The notes under the pieces are model-generated. The model saw nothing but the letters and a program-made list of their open reading frames with translations, had not been told where the DNA came from and did no database searches. Shown here in pieces: positions 37,130 through 49,800 of a DNA stretch of 64,000 nt. The DNA comes from Ramazzottius varieornatus (taxonomy: Eukaryota > Animalia > Tardigrada): contig BDGG01000002.1 of NCBI GenBank assembly GCA_001949185.1, positions 8,112,448-8,176,447 on the forward strand, written 5' to 3'. Within the stretch, counting starts at the first letter, position 1; each line of letters opens with the position of its first letter. Position numbers and translations under genes: made by a program.

Positions 37130-40100
37130 CTAGGCGTTTTCATGAGCGAAACGTGTGCAGGCTTTCTTCCATTTACACTGGGTACACCATTGCTCGCGAT
37201 TCTCCATCCCGTATACTTTGCGGCATTTCTTGATGTCACGCATCTTCTTGCTCAAGTGACTGCTGCTCCCAGACGGCGAGACGAGGTCGCTGTATTTATC
37301 AGCCTGAGGAGCCGAGGCCTACAAAATGACCGAATTGACTTATCTCTCGAGCGCACCTTTTCTAGTTTCTTTGGTGATTTAAATTTCAGTCAATTAATAT
37401 TGTCGTTTCGTTTACCGATTGCCATTCGTTGTAGTGCCTGCGTAGTTTGGACGATCGGGGAATAGTGATGCCGCTAGAGCTCGGTGCATACTTGAATGAG
37501 CGACTAAAGTTGGCGGTGGAGGCGTCGGAGGAGCAGGACATGGTCGAACGCTGCCGATGACGCGTTCCGTAGCCATGCCGATCGATCGTTGCCGGGCTAC
37601 TCGAGCTGTCCATAACAGCATCGATCATTTCCTTCTCCTCACTGGGCGGCGTCGACGGGGTGGACAAAGAGTCACAGGGGTCGCCACTGTAGGCCACTGT
37701 CTCCACCTCGTTGTAGTAGAAATCCAGATCCTCTGAACGCAACACGGCAGACCTGTAAGAAATATTTGCCAAGCTTGAGGGCTGAATATTAAAAGCTGCG
37801 TGTGCGGGTTACGATCAAATCTGGAGGTACAAAGCTCACGTAAAATGGACGTTCTCGATATGCCGCTTGATGGTATTTCTGCTGTTTTCCATATGATAAC
37901 ATTCAGGCCAAGTGCACTGGAACATTGTCACCATATTGCAATTGGACGGCTACAACGAAGAAAAAACCAACGTTGGTGCGCTAAATTAAAGTTCAGTAAT
38001 GTTCGTCGTACTCGCTGTTTTCGCGCTCGTTGGAAGGTGTAAGGCTCCATGGGTGAGTCTTGGGTCGACTCTGAGCTGACGGTGCCCAGTGAGTAGTCAT
38101 GGTCCAGCATGCAGGGATCGAGCTGTGAGCTGCCGCTGGTCGAGCCCATCTCGATTCCTTCGTCACTGGAACTGGCCAGCCGCCATTCCCTCATCGTGTT
38201 GCCATAGGCTTGACGCGCTGACCGCCGTCGTCCAGACTCCGCCATTTTGCCACCAGGGACCGGCCACGATGAACCGTATAGACCTGGCGTGGGGATAGAG
38301 GAGCTGAAGAAACCGGCATCTTCTACAACACAACAACAGATTAAAGTCCGCAGCATTCTCAAGCAACAGAATTTTTCACGTATAGCTTCCTACCTTCTTT
38401 CTTCAATCCTAATATATAATTTAGTATCTCACGAGCCCATTTCTTTTAATATTAGCGTATAAAATTGTAGTAGGAAAATTTCGGCAGACAAAGAAAGGGG
38501 GCGTGGCGGTGTGCATTGATCGGAAGCGGGATCGATGCTTACTGTGCGGGTCGCAAGTCTTGCGCATGGTCAAGCCATCCGCCGCTGGTCCCCGCATAGC
38601 CGGTGAAGCATGCAGGGACATGAGGACCAAGGCAGCCGAACACTCGTCCATCAGCTCGCCAGACTCCTCTTCGTCCTCGTCCTCCGGCACCAACGAGTCT
38701 GAATCCTCCGACTCGCCATCGTCCATCGGTATGTAGGGTAGCTCATCGTCCAGCGACTCGCGGTCTAGTGACTTGGGGGAACGGGGTAATGCTGCTGTGG
38801 CTTTGCTTTTGGCCGGCTTGAAGGCATGGCTGGACTTTACGCGCTCTGAACCGCAAGTAACGATGTCGAGAGGCATGGCTCGTTTTCGACTGCAAAAAAT
38901 AAAAGCGTTCAAGAAACACTTTCGGATTTGGTGGCAACAGCGTAAATTACAGAGGATAATGATATATTTAGAGCGTTCTCGGTACTTTCGCCAATCAACC
39001 TTCCGTTGTTAGCTTAAATCTACTCCCTCGTAATAGGAACCAAGAAAGACCTTATTCGCTGTACCGGCACAAACTGAACTTAACTTGATACCTGATCAAG
39101 TCCCCCAATAGATTTTTCATCAAATAAATTTCAGGATGATTATGACGTACAGTACTACTGAGGTGGTAAAAGCGACAAATACTCTAAGAACCGCCGCAGC
39201 CCCTGTTTGGGCGTGCGCTGACTAGCCGGCATATGTCCCATGAATGGCGAGATGCGAGCTTCCATATGGGAGAAGCCAGCCGGCTCAGCTGATCGTCGAC
39301 AATGAATCGCTCGTGTCAGCCACGATACAAGTAAAACCCTCTCTTTCTACCGTACATACGCGGAAAACTGGTGCATGCTGGTGTCGAACACTCTTCCGTT
39401 TCCGTCTAACTCTTCCTTCCTCCCTTCCTTCCTTGAACCGACAAGAAACTCGAGGGCCGTGGCACGGCTAAACCAGCAGATCGACACAGAAGGAAGAAAC
39501 AAGATCGATCACGCGCCTCTGAAGCTTATATCAACATCGGCAGAAGTGGGAGGAGAAACGGCGGTTGGAAATGGTTTTCGAAATAATAGATTACTCCTCA
39601 CGGGTAGCACAAAAAATTCGCCAGTTTTTTTGATATCCTTGGTTCGAATTCGAAATGACGGAAAAATTGGAAGCAGGGTTGCGGCTGAGAACTGTCCACT
39701 AAAGAATGATGGTACTGGCATGAACGTAATGAGAATGATGAAAGTACTGTATGGCGTTCTGCGGGTGTGTTTAAAGTGTGTTACTGCGGCTAACCGGCAC
39801 ATGTTGCTCATGTTGTGAGTAATGTTTGAAGTGCCAGCATGTGATTTATCGCAATGGGGAAGTTCCGTCAGGAGCGCTGGTTCCACGAAGCCGGCTGATT
39901 CTTGCCGACTGACGGAAGGAATCAGCTGATTCTGATATGCTGGATGAGCAACCCCATACAGTATATCATGACGTCCGTTCCACGCGCCGCATTTCTGTAT
40001 TGAGTTCACTATATTTTTGTTGAGCAAGTTTCCTACGGCTTGATTGAACAAGAAGTGTGTCATCTTGATGCACTCATCACGGACTTTGCACAGTCGCAGT

Positions 40101-42947
40101 AACGCCAGTAGACCGATAGTATATCGACCGGAAGTCTTCGAGGCTAGGGGGCGCCAGCAGTACATATATCACCTGTCCCTACCTCAATTGACTCCTGTAA
40201 AGTTCCATACAGTACGTTGTTCCGTTGGAGATGTAATAATAATCATTGTGGCACCCGGCCATTTCATTAAGTACATATTGAATGTCCTAGTTTTTTGCTC
40301 TGTTCGTACTAGGGCCGTATTTCTGTTAAATTCGGGAGGGGTGCTCTTACCTAGTGGCAGCTAAGGGTTTGGTGGCGGGAGGCTCCTTGATCGTCTCCGC
40401 ATCTTGAACGACATCGCTCTTGCCGGACGCCAGCGACAGGTAATCCTTGTCTGCAATCTGCCGCGAAGACTTTCGGCTCTTGATCAGGCGCACATCTTCA
40501 ACCTTGCGGCTAATACTTTGTCCGTTGTCATCGTCGAGAGTGATCTGTAGGAGCTCACTTCCGGCTGATGGAAGAGCGGCTACTTTACCGCTCATTTCTT
40601 TGTGACCAACGGTGCAGTAAACCAGTTGACCAGTGGTCAGGGAGGTCGACGTCATCGACTGGAAACCTGCAGAGACGAAAAATGACGGTTGGGCACAGGA
40701 CACTTTTCATTGTTCCAACGAAACTTGCAACACATCACTAGCTTCGACTTCAAGGTTTGTGTATTTAATACTAAGCGGTAATACATCATTAGACGAGGCT
40801 GAGGCCGTCAGTCGACCAGTAACATTTACCTATAGTGCCTTTGACTGAACGTACCATCTTATCACGCGCATTTGCGCTCGCTCATAAATAGAACGGCTAA
40901 CATTAGCTGCACTTCCGGACAGCCCAAACGCCGTCATATGGGGAGGCCTCCAATAAAAACGACGCATCGCCAGGTAAACCGACGAAGGACCTGACCTTCG
41001 TCCCACGTATGAAAACAGTCGTCTATCTTATACTCTAAGACATCGAAGGACCTCGTGACGAACCGAATGGAAGAGCCAAGCATTGGAAAACCGTCTGCAG
41101 ATGAGCAAGCTTAATTGCCAAGTCTCCCACATCCCAGGACATCTTTACTTCATGAACACTATGGATATCACTAGTGCGTCAAAGGTGCCCTCGGTTAAAC
41201 AAGAAACATGACAAAGGCATGCTCTCATCGGAATGCACCAATGGCATTTTGCCAATGCGCTTTGCGAAGCCAGAACCAGGACTCCATCGTTCGACTTGCG
41301 GGTCCGTTGACGTACGGCTAAACCTGAGTCCATATCGTGATTTGGATCACTCAGAAAGTCTCCAATGCATCGATGTGTCTACTGAGTAAATCCACTTCCT
41401 TCGACGGTGCAAAAGGTGCGTCTTCACATCTGCTTAGATGAGGATAGAGTTCCGCCTGTAAGTTAGTTCGTGGTGATATGACAAGATGGCGTGGCGGAAG
41501 AGACTGTCATATTCTGAGCTGTATGATGTGCGCCGCTTTGACTATCTTTGGCGTGAGCTGGCTATAAACAGTATCACAGTCATTGCAAGCAAAGACGAGC
41601 AATGGCACCATAAAGATCAACGGTCCTCTGGGAAAGTAGGGGAGTGTGATGTCACAGCCCCTTTGCATACCCAAGGACCGCCACTTGATCGTCCACTGTC
41701 TTTCTCCACAGTCCGCACCAACCCCTCAAGATCCTCTCAACCTGTAAAACTTCAACGTTTCCGCTCCACTGTCACTCTAATTACCGCCCTTGATTTTTCT
41801 GACGATTTTTTTCCAGAGAGTCTGGAGCGAAAGTAGAATATAAGGTCCGCTCATTATCTCTTCTCCATATGACATAACGTTCCGGTTGAATCTTCCTTAC
41901 GTAAACATTCCATGAATATGTAAGGTATATTAGCCTGACAATGTAACAGATCGCCAAAAAATCATTGAGGACGCATGTCAGGTGGAAAAAGAGGGTCGTA
42001 CAGCAGTCAGGCTGGTATCCATGTTAGAAGGCCAACGAGACGAGCTGTGACGGACGGAAAGTACTGCTGGCAGTACTTGAGGGTTAGAGTAAAGAGCCGA
42101 AGAAAAGGAGGCTTCACTGACTAGCTCGCTCTGCTCGTAATCCGGGTCGTGCTTGATGGAGCGAGCTCCAAGAGAGTAATGGCGACCTCGCTTGCAGATG
42201 CAAGCTTTGATCACGCGCTGGCCGGTTAATGTCCGTGCTGGCGAGCTCGCTCGATGGCCGCTTATTCTCTCAACTCGCACCTGACAAAGATGAAGGCTCC
42301 AACCTGCGGTCTTGCATCTCGCTCTCAAATAGGCAACACTCCACCGCTATGTAATACTGTGGTTCCTCAGCTCGCCGGTAACGACCGCCGCATGTCGAAA
42401 CTGCCACAGCTCACTTCACCCGGCCTTCCTCACCGACGAACCTCAATCCCGCAACCACACAATATTCATCTGCACACTTTCTGTTCGTTAATTGCCAACA
42501 TTAACGGCAAAAATCATCAGGATAAATTTCAAACCGGCGAACACATTCAATTTGGCCTGATAGAGTTTTGAGAAATTTGGGTATTTTCCGTGAGAAATTT
42601 GAAAGCCGGGTAAGCTTTGTGTAGAGAGTACATTATGTGGACTTAGTACCGGCGTCCGTAACAGAGCAAGAGTGGAGTAGTGACATACCTGGTCCGATGA
42701 TATGGCGTTCCAAATACCAGCCGCTACTTCCGTCATCAAAAGTCAGCCGTAACTTGTGACTGTGGCGCATGATGGAGGAAGCCATCTCCCCGGCCTCTCC
42801 AGCCGGCATCGACGTATCCGCGCCACCAACCTCGGAGACGGTGGCCGCTTCATACCATCCCGTCGATTCCTTCTTGGCGGCCACTCGCATGCCCATCACT
42901 CCGGATCGTTTCCCTCCACCACCGGCACCACGCTTGCCGCTGGACAT
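37130..42947 (-). CDS. ZNF704: ZNF395/ZNF704/SLC2A4RG (Drosophila Glut4EF)-like transcription factor with C2H2 finger and C-clamp, ~622 aa
   Basis: Exons 42947-42689, 40666-40351, 38889-38543, 38322-38012, 37949-37840, 37752-37416, 37318-37130 (1869 nt). N-terminal IIGPGFQ...GQLVYCT...[11 protein letters not shown]; CR1 [17 protein letters not shown]; C2H2 FQCTWPEC...IKRHIENVH; DFYYNEV; C-clamp [28 protein letters not shown]. Confidence 0.92.
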
Positions 42948-45900
42948 GCTGATTATGCAAGGCGCCTATGAATGTGCCTTATGTAAAGCCGCCGTCGTTC
43001 CGCAATTCAACTGTAAAACGAATCAGGCATTGAATGCAGCGGCCTTTATGGAGCTGTTACGTATCACCTTGTCGCTTCTAAATGGCCAGTTATGCTAGAA
43101 ATGCCACATGCATATCGTCCATGAACGATAAGACAGTTCAACCTCCCAGATATGCAAGAAAGGAGCGCTGGTCGGAGCCGAGAAGGAGTACAGACTCTAA
43201 AGTCTTGCTCTCAAGGCCAAGAAAACAATGGAAAAGAGTGAACCATCTGCTCCGTATTGAGAGACAGATAGCCCGCCGTTACCTTGAGAAGATAAAGCCG
43301 GCAAAAGGCTGTGATGGCTTTAGAGCAAGGCAGTGAAAGTAATCCATTGTAATGTTAACGGGGCTAACCGGCGACGACTGTACAGTACGGACTATGATCA
43401 TATCCTTGTCAAGCGATACTGATAGATTGCAACCGTACAGTAACGTAAAATAAAGTCATATGTCGAGGCGGATAACCGATAACAGCTCACACACACACAT
43501 GCATGCGCCATGTAAAACCAAATCTCAAACAAATGCAATCTCTTACCGGCTCGTTCCGGTTGCAAGTTACATCGGTTAGCTTCTGCTGTATACACGGCCA
43601 AGTTAGTGGCGTAGATGGCCATTGTGCTCGGATATACACAGTTCAAACGGACAGGCCGTTGCTGTCAAACTAGCGCTGTAGTTGGAAGCAGTGTAGTGCA
43701 GAGGAGGACAAAGTCACAGCGCCAGCGAAAGAAAAAAGATATTTAGCCTACATTTCGGCTGGTACGTTGTACGATCAGGCTGTACTTGTGGCCAGGACGG
43801 AAGGCATGCAGGAAGGGTTGGCCATATCAGGCCGGTCTTTCTTTCTGTCGCTTCTCAACCTCCATCTGCGCTTTAGCCGAACAATGTCTACCCTCAACCT
43901 CATTATGCACGTTGCATCAAGAGAGCGCGATGGAGAAACATGGTCGGTCACAAGGCTGTGCGAGCTATGGCAGAAGGCAAATCAGCTGTTCAACGCCGGT
44001 TCCGCCGCCTCGTTGTACTCCGATGCAGTCAACTGATGGACGATATAGACAAAGAAAAAGAAAGTTAGAAGGAAAACCGCTCGATGGATGGGCGGACCTG
44101 CCAAGAGATGACTGAACTCTGCTGGCGAACTTTGCTTCGTCCACACCTCTTTCTTCCATCCAATAGGCAACTTCTCGCTCGAAACCAATTTCTTGCTCCA
44201 ACCTAACTTCCTGTCCCTATCGGCGCACCTACACATGGGCAAAAAACTCTTAATTCATACCTTCGGGTATTTTGCACTGCATTCCAATCTTCGAATACTG
44301 GCAGTTCAACGATGGAACACTCCCAAGAACCCTTTCACAATTTCCGGCGACCTTTCTAGACCCATCACGCAGGAAAAATAGAGAGCAGTCTTGCTAGTTT
44401 CTGACCGACCACCCGGTTCTTCATCGGGTTTCACTTCGGCTTGGTTGCGGACTGCTCTAGCAAACTACAGGTAAATCTGATCGAGGTCGCTGTGATGGTA
44501 TACGCTATAAATCTACAACGAGCCTTGCAATGCAATGCCCCCTGTTGATACTGTACGAGAGCCTGACAGTATGATGCATGGTTCGTTCAACTTCCTTCCT
44601 TCCTTTACTACAGTCATCATAACACGGTGCGGCGATCGCTCGCCTCGCTCGCACACAAACACGTAACCGCAAATCAATCGTTGGTCGATGGTCGACAAAG
44701 TGCCCCAGAGTTCATAGCATCGCTGAAGAGGAACCAAGCGTAGCCCGGCCAATGTCCACACGTGACGCCACAGTACATCTGCGCTACTCTAAGCCACATT
44801 ATCGCTCATCCCGACGGATGGACAGATGGATGGATGGATGCCGGCAATCATGACAAGCAATCCAACTGACAAACATGTTGATCATACGGCTATGGCCAAC
44901 ACAGTAACGCCCCATTTTACACTGTCACACAAAGGAAGGCCAGGAAGGATATGACGCTGTTATGCTACCCGTTCCCATCATGACCATACCCACGGAATAT
45001 ATTTGTCAGAGTGTCATTCACTGCTGGCCATCATCACCGCCACCGGTGCGATCAACAGCCGGCTCACCCGATTAAACTCTCAAATATAGGCGCAATTCTT
45101 ACCTTCGTTTATGTAACAAGCAAGTATCCGTGCCGGCAAAGCAGGGCGAAGCGCTTACATAAAGGACGACATCCATTCTTACAAGACAGAGATTATCTAT
45201 TGAACGGGGAAGAGATGCCAAGCTTCTCAAAGATGGGGACAAACCGCGAATGTCTCCGGGAAGAAAGTAGGACTTTACGAGGAAAAGACGTCATGTGGGC
45301 ATGGCGGAACGTAACCAACGTCAATCAGCTGTTCCTCCACTTCCCTTTCCTTGAAGTCCATGGTGCCTATGTATAGCAAGGCACGTAAGAGGAAACACGT
45401 ATCATCTGCTGCTCAGCTGACTCACAAGCCCAACCAAGAAATGCCGGTTGGAGCGTTTAGTACGAGTTGGAAATGTCGGTCGATATGAGCTACCGGCTTC
45501 TGCATACCACATGGCCTCCTCAGCTGGTGTTACGGGCCCATGTACTAGACACTTATCGGTTGGTGCGGAGGGAGGAAGGAGCTTGATAGAGAAAGTGCTG
45601 GTGTGCTGATACGGGTGATGGAGGCCAAGTTTACACAATGGCTGCTTTGGCAGCAGGAACTTGTCGAGCTAGCTGGATCTACTCGCTGCAACGTCCAGCA
45701 ATAGCTGTGATAGAAAAGACGTCAAGCTCAGCGGAAAGGCAAACAAACATTATGCAACAGCGCAATGCATGCCCAACAACTTTCCAAGCACACCACCTCA
45801 TATCGATTCGTTTGAACCGCACGATAAACTTCCACCCAACGCCACGTGATCAAACGGAAAACCCCTGACTTGAAAGTTATCAAAGTTTACAGGGGGCGCC

Positions 45901-46842
45901 TCAGTCCGGCTGCTCGCTAATCTTCCCGGGAAAATTTTCCAGCCAAACCAGTGGCGGAATACGCCAGGCAAACAAGGTAAATCTCCCCCATGTCACGTTT
46001 CCGGTCAGCAAGCACCACGACTGGCACGCCTGGCAAATAAAACGCACATCACTGCATCAAGTGGCGCGCCCTCGCGGCCAATAACATTGAAGAAGTGCGC
46101 CACTTGAAATAACACTTCGTAAATTTAGTTTGCCGACCTCCCAATTCAATCTGTATTTCTTTGAAGTAACGCTTTTGCAAAGGACTAGCAGAGCTGCTCA
46201 TACAGCTGAATGAACAGCCGCAGGACTGATGACTGCGCATCTGCCTGACCTCAGCAGTTGTCATGAGTGCTGCCATCTATGCCTGGTGACGAACCGGAAG
46301 TACGAAACGAGCATGACCATGATCGTGAGGGATTCGTCAAGTCCCACAAGAGACCCTAGGTATCATTAGTACGATTTAGCTACGAGACATCTCCGCATTC
46401 TTTCCTCTTGCCGACAAGCGATCACATCCTCGTCCCTAGACAGCAACCTACACTACGAAGGAAGCACCGCCATAAAGGCATGGTAGAAGCACGCCAGATA
46501 CGCGTAAGTTCTAGTCTTTGGGTAGACCTTTCAGCAGTTAATTCAGATCGTCTTTGGAGCTTTTATGGATGCGTTAAACGGTTGCGACTTGATAAGATAC
46601 CTCAAGAGTCCTCGAACTTTCTTCGCGTCTGAGTCCGTCTTGTACAAATCAGCTATCTGCGGCGCAGATGAAGAACCTTCTTAATGACTCTAGAATGCAC
46701 TTGCCAGATGTTCTCTATGTTATGATGATCCTTATTTCTTCACGGTCTCGGTCGAAACGCGCTTCATAATTCTGTTTACATTACTTTTACGTTCCTGGAT
46801 GTTAATCTTGGATATCAGGGGGGAGACTTCCGGTCATATCCA

Positions 46843-49800
46843 ATGTGGCACTGCTGGTGGCTTTTTCTGTCGTGGAGCTGCATTGTCCAGAAGACCCAAG
46901 GTCGCGTTTTTCGCATTGGCTACATAACGGGATCGCGGCGCGATACGGTCATTTCCTCCTACGATCGACCCGGGTACCAAATTAGCGGCGCTATTTCTCT
47001 GGCCGTCCATCAAATTAACCAGCATCATCCAGGTACCTGACGTGTTTTGTCAGTTCAAGTCATCAAATGACCTCGTAAATTCGGATGAGATCCTAATACG
47101 GGTAGCTCACTTTGATAGACGGTCTACTACAAAACCATACGCTGGAATTTGACTACGGAGAAACGTTCGGGATCGAAGACGTCAGCATTAAGCATACGGC
47201 GCGATATGCCTTGAATAACTTTAGCGCCATTATCGGCCCACAAGAAACGTAAGTATCGCTTAATCTTCCCACGGAGCCACATGTAGACAACCTCGAAAAT
47301 CCTCAAGCACCACATGCCACGTAAACACAAGGATATCTCAACTGAAAACTTTTACACCATATGTTTTTCATCTTTCAACGCATTATGCGCGCGTTACACA
47401 ACGAGTATCTCAAGACAGTAATCTTTCGAAAATAAAATTGTTCGCGAAAATATTGGGGTTGTCGTCGAGTTAAGTGACTCAAAATTAAGCTGTTTTTCCT
47501 GAGCCAGGTCAACTAACATCTCGTCCCAAACAGATGCGTCCAAGAAGCGCGGCTAGCTTCAGCCTTCAACATCGTGATGCTGACATACTTCTGTCAGCAC
47601 GCCTTCAAGGAGCAACTAGAGGCCGCCCATTACTCTACTTTCATCACCGTCAAGCCACCGGTCGCCCAAATTTCCAAAGCCGTGGCCTCCGTCCTCAACA
47701 AGTACAACTGGAACAAGATCACCTTCATCTACAACAATGAAGTCGAGTCACGGCGACCCACAGCCGAATCAATACGATATGTCCTGGAAGAGCATAACAT
47801 CGAAATCCTACAAACACGCTCTTGGAACAAACCTTACTACGTGGTAGGTACTGTGGCGAACCCAGTTCACCTCGGCCAGTTGTCATCTTGACAAGTTCGT
47901 TCTGCAGGGTTTCGAAGACAGCGAAGAAGACATATTCCAGTCACCCTTTGACGATATCGTAAAAGACACCAAGGACAAGACTCGGAGTAAGTTTCCGAAA
48001 GTAAAGTAGCGAAACATGGCACATTGTATCTCGACCACATCATTTTCTGAAGTGGCACACGTTACCAGTCAATGGCATCGAGAACTTGCGCCACTTGGGA
48101 AAGCAGTCTGGTCGAGCTTGTTTGCCGGTCTTCCATCTAAAGAAGATTGTCGCCTCGTTAGTCTATGTGCTGGTCGGTAACGTGGACGATCACGTTGGAT
48201 TCATGCAAGCCATGGACGATGCTGGCCTGTTGGACCGTCAGGACTATTTTGTGGTGGGAGTGTACCTCAATCATTACAAACAGGAAGATCCAGCCAAATA
48301 CCTCCGCGGTAAAGTTCATTGGGAATGCCACGAAGTTATTTTAGAAGTTATTCTACAGAGAAGTTGTGGTGACAGGTGTGTTTGAGCCTTCAGTATCGCA
48401 AAAGTCTTTCAAGGCCTTCAAGTCATTCTTGGGCGTGATTCCTACCAAGCGATCAGAATTCCACGTGGAGTTTCGTGAGTTTAACAACGAAGTCAACGTC
48501 TGGCTGCAGCGACCTCCTTTCAATTTCCCCTGGGAATCTTACGCTAGCAATGTCCCGCAGAAGAACGTCAGAGTGGAAGCTGCCTACCTGTACGACGCCG
48601 TCATGCTCTACGCCCAAGCCCTGGACGCCTGCTTGCGCAACCCTACCGACTGTCCCGATCCACATGACGGCAACAAGCTAGCACGGTACATCAAAGGCCA
48701 ACCTTACAAGAGCGCCATGGGATATGGAGGTTACATCGATGCCAAGGGAGATGCACAAGGCAATTATTCGCTGCTGGCTCTCAAGACGAAGCGTTCAGGT
48801 GGTCCTGATTGGGACATCGGCTTGGTCGACATCGGTATCTTCCTTCTAAGCGCCAACGACAGCGAACTTCCGGTATGAAGCTTGAGTTGTTTGAATCATT
48901 CAATCAACAAGTTGGGAGCACATGGGAACCTGAAAAGTGCAAGATCGGTGTGTCAAGTGGCGCCCGTCTTCAATATTATTTGCCGGAAGAGTGCGCCACG
49001 TGGGACAGCGATCTTGTGCACTGCAAGCCAGCTTCAAATTTTGAATTGAAATGCTTCAACCCTAAACGCACATTTTACCTTCATTCGGACCTGGCAGAAG
49101 AAGATAACGTCGGCTTTCGAACTGTAGACGCTCGAGCTTCGAGAAGAAATTCAGTGGCCAGCCGGGCATCCTCCTCTCGACGAACCCGATTGCGGGTTCG
49201 ACGGTAAAAAGTGTGTGGAACTGCTGGATAATCCCGCCAGTGTGTGGATTTACATCGTCGCTGCCTCGGTGGCAACTATTGCCCTTATCGCACTCTGCCT
49301 AGGTGTTAGGTACTCGATCATCAACCATTCTTACCATAGTGTCAGAAGAAAACTTCGTAATGTTATGCAGGAGGTACGTTTATGAACAAAAGTTGATGGG
49401 TTCGTTGTGGCGCATCGACTACAAAGACCTCCACATTGAAGAACTGAAAGCCCACCTGAAGAAAGCCAGCCTACTCCACGCTCATCACGACGCGGGGAAC
49501 CTGGACCATCACGCCAGCGTCGACTCGCTGACCTTCGTGGCCGCCGATATCGGTCACATCTCTTACGCCCGCATGATGACCGACCATTCCACTATGGAGT
49601 TAGGCTTACTGAAGAAGAAACAGATCGTCACGGTCAAAAAAGTTCGCAAACGCCATCTGGACCTGACGCGCGAAGTCCGCAAAGAACTGCTGGCGGTATG
49701 ATTGCTAGTCCAAGTCTGACAAGGAATCACTGATAACTAATTTCAACTGCACGTTTCAGATGAGAGAAATCAGACACGATAACTTGTGCGAATTCGTGGG

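Noticed and set aside
39509-40165. 218-aa ORF inside ZNF704-like intron 2
   Set aside because: No motif or coding-like composition, and the flanking exons join in phase without it.
43000-46800. Many short ORFs between the divergent ZNF704-like and Gyc32E-like genes
   Set aside because: None has recognisable motifs or a consistent exon chain. This is probably regulatory or UTR sequence, but specific sites cannot be supported.
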